A stretch of 64,000 nt of DNA from Daphnia carinata (taxonomy: Eukaryota): assembly GCF_022539665.2 (NCBI RefSeq), contig NC_081331.1:10292001-10356000 (forward strand). Reading direction: 5' to 3'. Each line of letters begins with the position of its first letter. Within the stretch, counting starts at the first letter, position 1. The position numbers were made by a program, and so were the translations under genes. This document shows, piece after piece, positions 14,403-24,028 of the stretch. A model generated the notes under the pieces. The model was given only the letters and a program-made list of their open reading frames with translations. It was not told where the DNA came from and searched no databases.

Positions 14403-14737
14403 CTTTTGCCTAGTAGTGGTGCCCCCTTGTGTGTACACTTTACTCGATCGGTCCGTCTACGTATAGCAAAAAGGAGCTGTGCCACATAACTCGGTACGGC
14501 CGCGGTACGCACTAAACTCTCCGCCCATCAACTTCTCCAACCGCCTCCACCCACCTACCCCACATCTTTTTTTTTTTCAAAAACAGCCCAGCCTCCTTTT
14601 TTTTTTTTTTTTTCTTCTTTCTCTCTCTTTCTCTCTCTTTTTATTCTCCCTTTCTTCTTTCGTTTCTTTTTCCATCAAGCAAAACGGGAAGAAAAAAAAA
14701 AAAAAATAAAATAAAAAATCTCTTCCATACATGCTGC

Positions 14738-14774
<37 letters not shown>

Positions 14775-16006
14775 GTTGGGAGAAGTGAGAGAGAGGGTGG
14801 TTCTGGTGGGCAGGAGTGTGTAGTAGAATAGTAGAGAAAAGAGAGTGCTGTATTGTATATACTTAGGCCCAGACTTGTCGCTAGGCCCACACCAGTCTCC
14901 GACCGCTCTCCGGTGCCGTCGCGTTGTGTGTGTTGGCTACTCCGCCGGATCCCGTTGGTTGTTTTTTTTTTTTTTTTTTCACGGCCGTATTTTTGATTTT
15001 TCATCCGTCCGTTTTCTTTTTTTTTTTGATCGGCCCGTATGTGGAGTACAAGTGTTGTATGTGCGTCGTTGTTTTTTTTTTTTTTCTTCTTTCTGTGTGT
15101 GTCTGTGCGTGAGTGTTGAAAAAAAAACAAAACACACACAAACATTTGATTTTGTTTTGCAGAAAGAAAAAAAAATAAAAGAACAAAATTACATTTCACG
15201 TGTCTTTTCCGAGGGGAAGGGGTTGTTCTTCCGTCCTTTGCAGCTGTGGTGTGAGTTGTGCTACCGAGTCACGAAGAAAATATAAAGTCAAACAGTGAAT
15301 GTCTCTCGTGCGTCTAAAGTGAATTTTTCGGGGTAGAAAAAAAAAAAATGGGTATCGTGTGTTTTGACTTGAATATCGACAATTGATAAACAGTTTCGTT
15401 TTCATCCCCGCGCACTACCACCAAGGAGATCGTTTACCGATTCATCTAATTTAGAACACACACACAAAAAAAAAAAAATCAACATCGTAATTATGTGAGT
15501 GTGTTTATTTGATTTAGCTGTTACACCTATGAAATTTGCTACATTTATTTTGTTTTGTTCTTAAACGTCGGGGTACGGGGGGGGGGCGGGAGGGTGCTCT
15601 ACCTTGATGAATGGAGGATGTTTCATACGTGGGAAGTGGCTGTTAGGATGACGAAAGGTTAGGCTCTTGGTGGGCGGTGTAACACTCAGGTTGACACCGG
15701 CCCGATCCGGTATAGTGTCGTCGCTAAAAGCCCTAAAAGTCTACATTTTACTTGGAGTAAAAATATCTAGAAATATTTGTCAACGATTGGCCCCATCGAG
15801 GATGAGCCATTTTTGCATGTCTTTAAGTATTTAGCGAATCAGCAGTAGATTGTATCTCTTACTCTTTCAAATCAGTTTGTGTAAAAAGAAAAGAGTCCTT
15901 CAAATGTCAATTTGTAACAGATAAAGGATAGACTTTAAAAGATTCGGGTGGATACCGGTATGTGTAATCTTTATGATTTCGTTCGAATTCGTGTCTCGTT
16001 TTCAAC

Positions 16007-16038
<32 letters not shown>

Positions 16039-19000
16039 CAATTTAAAAAACCTTTTCCCGGACATGACCTCCTGATTTTTGATTTCAACATTTCGTTTAG
16101 TTTACTCTTTTTCCTTAAAAAAAAAAAACCCACACGTATTCACAAATATTTCGCAGGTGAGTTTTTTTTTTGGGTGTAATGGCCGCCAGCGATTACTTAA
16201 AAAAAAAAAATTGAAGTGCCAATGATTTTCTTTCGCGCGTTGGTCAAGAATTTTAAAATAAAAAAAAAAAAAAATGAATAGATCTCGCCAGTTGCGAAAC
16301 ATTCCCGCGGTGTACACTTAGACCCGACCCGGGACCCCTCAAATAACCGGTCTGTTTCTTTTCTCTTCAATTTTTTTTTTTTTTTTTTGATTTTATTCCC
16401 GCCGCTGCCCCCGTGTCGTTGCGTGTTTGTGCTCCCGATGTTTGCGTTCTCCTAGCGCTTCAGCTGGCACTGCTAGAATATTGCAGTTGTCGTCGCTCCG
16501 TCGTTTGTTTCCTTTTTCGTCCGTCAAGTCACTCACACCGTCACACAAGACTAGACGAGGTCGTTTTTGACGACGCAAAAAAAAAAAAAAAAAAAAGAAC
16601 TCCCGAGTCTTAACCAATAACGTAACCCGCGCGCTACGCAACTTGCAACACCAATTTTTTTTTTTTTTTTTTTTCCCTTCTTTTTAAGGAGAAATAATCG
16701 AGAGCAAGTGAATTTTTGTTTATGGAGAGGACGGACGGGTTGGGCACGTGGCATTCCAGGTCAAGCTACCGAGCGTTCTGTTTTTCTCTTCTTGTTAGAG
16801 ATACACACCCGCATTTGGAGGTTAAGAATTTATAATTATTTATTTATTTTATTTTATTTTTTTTTTGTATTACGCTTTGAAATGCGTGTGTACGGGCCCT
16901 TTCTAGACAAGGGCGAAAACTGTTAGAACCTGATCCAGTAGCGTATGGGGTCCACTCGACTCACTTTTTTTTTTCTTTTTTCTTTTCCTTGGCTATAGTG
17001 TGTAAGTTACACACAAGCATCCGTTGTCGTGTAGTAGTTGACTCGACTCACAATTGCGGTGGGTGAGTTTGAAGGCCCATTATTTTGCTAGTGTGCTCCG
17101 CTCTCGATATCTATTTTCTCTTTCATGTGGTGTGTGTGTGTGTGTGTGTACGTCTTTTTTTTTATTTCTCTTGTAAAAAAGAAAAACCTTTTCGACATCT
17201 TCTTCTGTTCTAGACTCTCTACGTGCGCATTGTGTTTGTTGTGTTTGCGTGCGTTACATCTTTTTCCCCCTGCTTTTGTTTGTGACCGGGGTATCTATAA
17301 AAGGCGAGGCAAGTGATGAGGGAGGAACAATCTGAAAGATCCCCAAATCATCGATTGGCCGTCTTCTTTGACTCTTTTTTTTTTTTTTTTTGTTTTCTTC
17401 TCCGCTTTTTTTTGTGTGTGTGTGCGCGTCTTTCATTGTTGTATACGAACGCAACGGGGAAGAGGAAAACGCGCAAAAAGAGAAAAGCAGTGAGTGTGTG
17501 TATACATAAAAGACGCTTTTGCCAACGAAAAGAAGAGATGGGTGTACATACATAAAACAATCGAACCAATTAAGCTTTTTTTTTTGTTTTTTTTCCTTAT
17601 GATAACCCTCCCCTACTCATCTTCCTTCCTTTTTTTTTTTTTTTTTTTTCCCTTGCTCTTATACTGTTCGTCTACTTATTCCCGACAACGTCTAGTGTTT
17701 GTTCTGTGTCGTCGATTTCTCGTCTCAACTGACGGGCCGACCCCTAACACCCGCGCAATAGTTTTGCCTCAAACATCGCGATAAAAGCTTTCGCCCCATT
17801 CTTTTTTTTTTTTAAATCCTCATCCTTATGTCTCATTCGGTTGGATTGGGCATCAAGGCTGTTGTTATTGGCCAAGGATTTGATTTCGTTACGTTGTCTT
17901 TCCACGAAAGGAAGTTTGAAATATTATTTTGTGTTTTAAAAAAGGAGAATGAAAATCGAATAGACATTTGTCCGTTAGACAGGCTCTTCTCGCTCGTAAC
18001 TCATGTGCCGAGGCTATCGCGCATTATTATCCGTTTCGAATTGCGTCAACGTCGACAAATAGACGCGCAGTTAGAAGACGAAAAAACAAAAAAAAACAAA
18101 AAAAAAAAGGAGAGAAGAGAAGAGAGAAAAGTTTCTCGTTTTTCAAGCGCAACATATCCCGGATCAACCGGAACTGGCTGGAATTTTCCGTCGTGCGTAA
18201 GACTCGTGATGCCGTTCGCGAATTATTCCTCTCTTTTTTGTTTTGTTTTGTTTGTTTTTTTTCGTCATATTCGTTCGCGGTTGCGAGACACCGTTTGTTG
18301 CCTGTCGCGTAATGCTGAAATTCCATGCAACGCGCAGACACATAGACGCAGTTTGATGATTTTGTGTTTGTGCCAACGGCGTGACCAAAAATAAAATAAA
18401 AAAAAATACATATATATTTATATAAAAGAAACTGGAATTTAACGCTCTTTTTCATTTCTCTCTTATTGCCCATGTTGCCTTCCTTGTGTGCGCATCTGCC
18501 ATCATCAGGATTGGATTTCTTGATTGGATTTCCCAATCGGACATCAACAACGATTGAGAAGACGGACCCAGCTGCAAAATAAAACAAAAAAAAAAAAAAC
18601 AAAAAAACTCTGAACACAAATTTTATAAAACCGAAGTCTCGAGGAAACAACAACAACAACAAAAAAAAAAAATCGAACCCTTTTGGAAGCAGAGACGCAA
18701 TTTGAATGACTAGGTGTTCGTGGTGAGTGTTGTCCCGACAACCTTTTTGTTTTTCTTTGTCTGCCCCCCTTTTTTTAATTTTTGTTTTGGGCTTTATTTA
18801 TTTATTTATTTTTTTAAACACGTTGTCTTCTTAATTTGGAACGTACGATTTCGTTTTCGCATCATATCGAGTTTTTTTTGTTTTTTTTTTTGTTTTCGTT
18901 ATTCAAAGAATCGATTGAAATTCCTTGTATAATTAAATGAAACACATGTCCAGCAGATTTCATTATTATTATTTTTTAAACCTATCAGAGCACTTTTCTC

Positions 19001-19062
19001 TTTTTTTTTTTTCTTATGTTTGTGGGTCAATAATTAATAACAGCTGATGGTTGTTAAAGCAG

Positions 19063-19755
19063 ATGGTCGGAGCTATGGCACTGTTATCGTCTCCAATGTC
19101 GATGCCGACGGGCGTCGTGGAAGAATCGTGCATTAGAGAACATCCTTCACCTAGCGGAAGCGGATCGCCCGATGAACGCGTGCCGGCCAATCTGCTGGCC
19201 AACGCGCAGCAACACCAACAGCATTCGGTCAGCAAACGGCGGAGAGTAGCGGCGGACACGGCGGCCCAACGGCGCCGGCATCGCCAACAGCGGACGGCTC
19301 AGCATCGGCTGTCGAACGCGACGGGCAGGCGTCCGTCGCGGACCAATCGTCGCGACAACAGCGAAGACGAAGGAGACGAGGAAAATGACGAGGACGAAGA
19401 AGCGGACGAAGAAGATGATGACGACGACGAAAGAGATGGAGACGCGGACGTCGAAGACGATGCGATAATCGATTCGCGTCGCGAGCCGCAACAGCAAATA
19501 GAAAATCAGAAGCCGCTCCATCCTCAGCACCACCAACTGCCACAACAACTGCCACAACAACAACAACAACAACAGCAGCAGCAGTTGTACAGTTTGCGGT
19601 GGCACGATTTCCAATCGTCGATCCTCTCCTCGTTCCGCCATCTGCGCGATGTCGAGGATTTCGTCGACGTGACGCTGGCCTGCGACGGTAAATCTTTTAC
19701 CGCTCACAAGATGGTGCTCTCCGCTTGCAGCCCTTATTTCAGACACCTTCTCAAG
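19063..19755 (+). CDS. ab: abrupt coding exon 1: basic/acidic N-terminal extension, polyQ10 and N-terminal half of the BTB domain
   Basis: ATG at 19063 follows aagcag. Encodes [57 protein letters not shown], a tramtrack-group BTB with the Abrupt-type [14 protein letters not shown]. Donor AAG|gtaagt, phase 0. Which ATG is used (19063 or a downstream one such as 19075) is uncertain. Confidence 0.93.
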
Positions 19756-20688
19756 GTAAGTTATCTTTTACTTATTTTTTTTTTTTTTTTTTCAATATTC
19801 TTTCCGACGTTCTTTTGTCTGCACGATCAAAGAAGAAGAAGAAGGAAAAAAAAAAATTGCGTCAACTTGTCTTTGAAACTTCCCCAACATACAATCGATT
19901 ATTACACAAAAAGTTTTAGCGATTTCCGGCGTTTGGCTCCGGTGGAATTATCCGATTAAGAAAAGAAAGAAAAGAGAGGGAGGAAAAAAAAAAAAAAAAA
20001 TATAGAAAAAATGTTCCTGGATGTAAGTAAGGAACCAATAGTAGAGTTGGTTTTCTCCTTTTACGTCCATCCCGACGACACAGACACGCACGAAATGGAA
20101 GAAAATGAGAGGGGAACAAAAAAAAAAAAAAAAAAAAAGAGAGGCATAAATGGGATGCTAAGAAGGATCCTCGGTTGTGCTATTTCTGGGACGAGGAGGG
20201 CTTCCGTCGTGCCCGTAACGCTGCCGTGTGACATCAGTTATCTCTCAGCTCAGAAGCTCGCGAGAAAACACGAAGAAGAAGAAGAAAACAAAAAATCTAT
20301 CGTTTCACAGTTGTGCAGCCGTAACCACTGCTCCACCCTGAAAAGCCTATTTTGCTGGCAGTTTGATCTTCCCCTTGGACTTTTTAGTATCGGCCGCTCT
20401 GTCTAATCTCTTTCGAAAAACGCGGCAAACCTCCATTCAAACAGTTTTCCCTGATCAATTTTTTTTTACAGCTTCCTTTTTTTTTTTTTTTTTTTTTCCT
20501 TACTTTTGATGGCGACGCATAGGAATGACGTATTATTGTTTGAATTGCTCTCGTTTTTTTTTTCTTCATTTTCTGTTCCTTTGCCAAGAATACAAATAAA
20601 AAAAAAAAAACTAGGGGTTTTGCAAAGACGAGGGGAGGCCTGATGTATAACATGTTTTCCGAATGAACTGATCAATTCTTTGGCGTAG

Positions 20689-20886
20689 GCGAATCCGTGC
20701 CAGCATCCGATCGTCATCCTGCGCGATGTCAAGTATCGTGACATGGAAGCCTTGCTGCGTTTCATGTACAATGGCGAGGTCAGCGTCTCCAACGAACAAT
20801 TGCCGTCGGTTCTTCACACGGCCCGGATGCTGCAGGTCAAGGGACTGGCTGACGTCCCATCCAAACATTACCCCAACACGAAACGA
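20689..20886 (+). CDS. ab: abrupt coding exon 2: C-terminal half of BTB (ANPCQHPIVILRDV...LQVKGLADVPSKHYPNTKR)
   Basis: Acceptor ggcgtag|, donor CGA|gtaagt, 198 nt, phase 0/0. Continues the BTB consensus exactly. Confidence 0.96.
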
Positions 20887-21516
20887 GTAAGTTTTGGAAT
20901 TATTATTATTATTATTTTTTTTTTTTTTTTTTTTACTTACAATTTGTTGGGAGGTAATGGTTATAACCCCGTCAGCTTTTGATAATGTTTGTCACCTGAT
21001 GGTCGACGTGGTGAATTATGGTGCGATTTCGTCATTTGTGTAGCGCACGTCGACCGCGGATGACCCACATCTAAAAACCTTTACGTCGTTGTCAAGTCGT
21101 TTGGAAAGACTTGGGAAATATATATATATAAAACTAGATAAAACTGAATATATATATCGAAAAGTCTTTCGATGCGGCTCGTACCAGTGTCTACTCTCTT
21201 TTTTATTGGACGTTCACTCGAGCCACGTCAGGGGTTTTTTTTCACGCTCAATGGAAATTTCCAGCATTTTTTTTTTTTTTTTTTTTTTTCAATTATTTTT
21301 TGTTGCCCATTAAATCTGTTGAAAGATTTGGATTTTTTTTTTTTTCTAAACAGACGAAGAGAAAGTCGTAAAGAAACGAAAACAAACCATTTATAACGGT
21401 GTCGATGGTGTTTGGTTGTTTACTTTATTTTTTTTTATTTTTTATTCCTCCCTTTCTCTCCTCGTCTTTATCCCCTCCCTTCTCCCTCGGTCCCCTCTTT
21501 TTTCGTCAATCGCCAG

Positions 21517-22570
21517 GTGTCGGATTATTCGAACGAGACGCCGTCGTCTCGGGAGTCGTCAACGGAGCGCCGCCCGCTGGTCGGATTAGTGACGAACCCG
21601 CCGAGGAAACGGGTCAGATCGCGATCAACGTCTCCCATTTTGGCCGGAACGGGCGGGCCGAATTTATTGGGTCCTGCCTCTGCCACGGTAGCGGCCGTTA
21701 CTGCGACGTTGGTCACATCCAAATCAGAAGAAAGCGCAGGACGGACAGTTGCAGCTTCTGCATCTGCTGGTCTAGTTGTGGTGACGGAAAATGGCCGCAG
21801 ACGAAGGACTAACGACGACGAAGACGACGATGATGAGGAGGAGGAGCATTTAAACGAGTTGGACGACGAAATGGAGGAGGACGAAGGACGCCGCCACCAC
21901 CGGCTCCACGCGAAAGCCACGATGGACGAACAGCAACAACAACAACAACAACAGCAACAGCAACAGCAGCTGCTGCTCGACGTCCACCGCGAGTCGCTGC
22001 TGAGTCAGGCGCTCGAAGGACGGTCGTCGCAGAGCTTGATGGCTCACCTCCTGGCCGCCAGAAGGAGCGGCAACCAATCGGAGACGAGCTCGAGATCCGG
22101 TCACGGAGGCGGCGGCGGAGCGCGGGAACATCACGGAGAGGACGACGATGCCAGCGATAGCGACAACGACACGGATGCTTCCGATCGCGATCGGACGGAC
22201 GTCGGTGACTTATCCAACACGGAAGACAATGTTTATCCATCATCCGGCATGGGGATGGGAGATCATCCGCATCACCACCATCGATCTTCTTCGTTGCATC
22301 ACCACGCGTCGGAGATGATGGTGCCGCCTTCCGGATACGCTGCTCATCACCATCCGCTGCTCAATCTGCAGAGTTTGCATTCTCTCTTCCCACCTGGATC
22401 CATTCCAGGTGGGAACGGACCCAGTGGCGGCGGAGGGGGCGGACATCACGGCCGACACCAGCACGATAGCCACAACAACAATAACAACAACGACCTAGCG
22501 CAGGCTACGCGACGCTCTCTCGATCTGATGAGAATCAGAGCAACTGACCCGCGTCCGTGTCCTCAATGCG
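21517..22570 (+). CDS. ab: abrupt coding exon 3: low-complexity linker (NLS-like PPRKRVR, polyQ13, ESLLSQALEG) and start of zinc finger 1 (ATDPRPCPQC)
   Basis: Acceptor cgccag|GTG, donor TGCG|gtacgt (phase 1). 1054 nt open frame within ORF 21412-22614. Confidence 0.92.
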
Positions 22571-22656
22571 GTACGTTCCGTCCACCACATTTCTCGTTAA
22601 AAAAAAAAAAATGATACATTGTTTTTTAAAATGTCTGAAATAAATGTTGTGAACAG

Positions 22657-22893
22657 GCAAAATCTACCGATCGGCCCACACGCTGCGGACGCATCTGGAA
22701 GACAAGCACACGGTCTGCCCGGGCTACCGTTGCGTCTTGTGCGGAACGGTGGCCAAGTCGCGCAATTCGCTGCATTCGCACATGTCGCGTCAGCATCGCG
22801 GCATCAGCACAAAAGACCTGCCCGTCGTCCCAATGCCCGCACCATTCGATCCTGTATTGGCTTCCTGCTTACTGGCCAAGGCCGGCGTCAAAG
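22657..22893 (+). CDS. ab: abrupt coding exon 4: two C2H2 zinc fingers (GKIYRSAHTLRTHLEDKHTVCPGYRCVLCGTVAKSRNSLHSHMSRQHRGISTKDLP...)
   Basis: Acceptor gaacag|, donor AAAG|gtaagt, phase 1/1. The zinc-finger region is essentially identical to recalled Drosophila Abrupt. Confidence 0.97.
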
Positions 22894-23010
22894 GTAAGTG
22901 TAAGCCAAAAAAAGAAAAAAAAAAACAAACAAATATTCATGGACAAAGTCCTGTAACGGTCGTTACTTACCTCATTTCTTTTTTTAACTATTGGGCTGAA
23001 TGTTTTATAG

Positions 23011-23141
23011 TTTCACCAGCGGAACTTGCGGCTCGCGCCTCACCCACCAGTGGCAACCCACGTGGCCGGACAGCCGATCTCCGGCTCGATTTCAAGAGCC
23101 CCCATTCCGGCTCTTTACCTCCCGGCACAATCCCTCCTCAG
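23011..23141 (+). CDS. ab: abrupt coding exon 5 (VSPAELAARASPTSG...IPPQ)
   Basis: Acceptor ttttatag|, donor CAG|gtaaaa, phase 1/0. SPAEL.ARASPT is conserved in Abrupt. Confidence 0.92.
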
Positions 23142-23227
23142 GTAAAATTGTGTGCACTTGTTTTCATTTTCAAAATAGCGAATTGCTTTAATCAAAAACG
23201 TTTTTATTCCTTTAACTTGAATGACAG

Positions 23228-23860
23228 GTGACAATCGGTGGACTGCAGTCTCATCGCAACAATCCGCTGCAGTTGATTCCACTGGAACAGGACCCCGAGG
23301 ACTTGAGTTTGGCCCAGCAAAGACTTCGCGGCGATGGTGGCCGCGATCACCATCATCACCACCATCACCATCACCGTGAGAAGAGCGATAGATCGGGCGG
23401 ATCGAGCGGAGGCATGGCCACCATTTCTCCTTACGGCTCTGCCGCTGGATTAGTCAACCGTTTGGGATTGTCCACCAAAATGGGTAAACACTGGCTGGAG
23501 ACGAATATGCAGGCTGCCATTCAACAACAGCAACAGCAACAGCAACAACAGCAGCAGCAGCAGGCCAATTCGCCTGGAAGTAATCACAACGCATCCGGCG
23601 GAGGTGGCAATGGTGGCGGATCAACTGGAAGCGCTTTGCTCGACACCTACCTACAGCTCATCGCCGAGCACTCGTCCAACATGGCCGCAGTAGCCGCAGC
23701 GGCTGCCGCTGCCCAAAATAACACTTCCGGCGCACCCAACAATAACAATCACTCTCATTCTTCCGAAGGCAATCACGGAGATTTGAGCCGGCCGGAATCG
23801 GCTGCCAACATGCTCGATGCCTGTGTCAAGCGCAGTCCCAAAACAACGGCCGACGATTGA
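23228..23860 (+). CDS. ab: abrupt last coding exon (PEDLS motif, His9, polyQ14, LLDTYLQ motif), stop TGA at 23858-23860
   Basis: Acceptor gacag|GTG, phase 0. The six exons sum to 2946 nt (982 codons including the stop) with no internal stop. Confidence 0.9.
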   Translation: MTIGGLQSHRNNPLQLIPLEQDPEDLSLAQQRLRGDGGRDHHHHHHHHHREKSDRSGGSSGGMATISPYGSAAGLVNRLGLSTKMGKHWLETNMQAAIQQQQQQQQQQQQQQANSPGSNHNASGGGGNGGGSTGSALLDTYLQLIAEHSSNMAAVAAAAAAAQNNTSGAPNNNNHSHSSEGNHGDLSRPESAANMLDACVKRSPKTTADD

Positions 23861-24028
23861 AGAAGATCTCGTGCCACTTGACTCATCCGCCTAACTTCCC
23901 TCACAACTCCCGACACGCAGATTATCACACGCAGACATGCACAAAAATAGGAGAACAGTTTTTTAATTTTGTTTGATTTCAAAAATCGTTTTTATTTTTT
24001 GACACTTCAACTAACCTTCCAAGCGAAA

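Noticed and set aside
15628..15635. Su(H) site CGTGGGAA upstream of abrupt (another on the minus strand at 61192-61199)
   Set aside because: About two hits for an 8-mer are expected by chance in 64 kb on both strands, and they are not clustered or paired.
17296..17303. TATAAAAG as the abrupt TATA box
   Set aside because: No clear initiator at the expected distance; the TSS cannot be placed from sequence alone.
19147..22473. Long antisense and alternative-frame ORFs over abrupt exons (e.g. 19147-19746, 21525-21920, 21809-22243)
   Set aside because: Shadows of GC-rich, repeat-rich coding sequence on the plus strand.
23858..23881. Stop-codon readthrough of abrupt
   Set aside because: The context is TGA-A rather than TGA-C, and another in-frame TGA follows after six codons.
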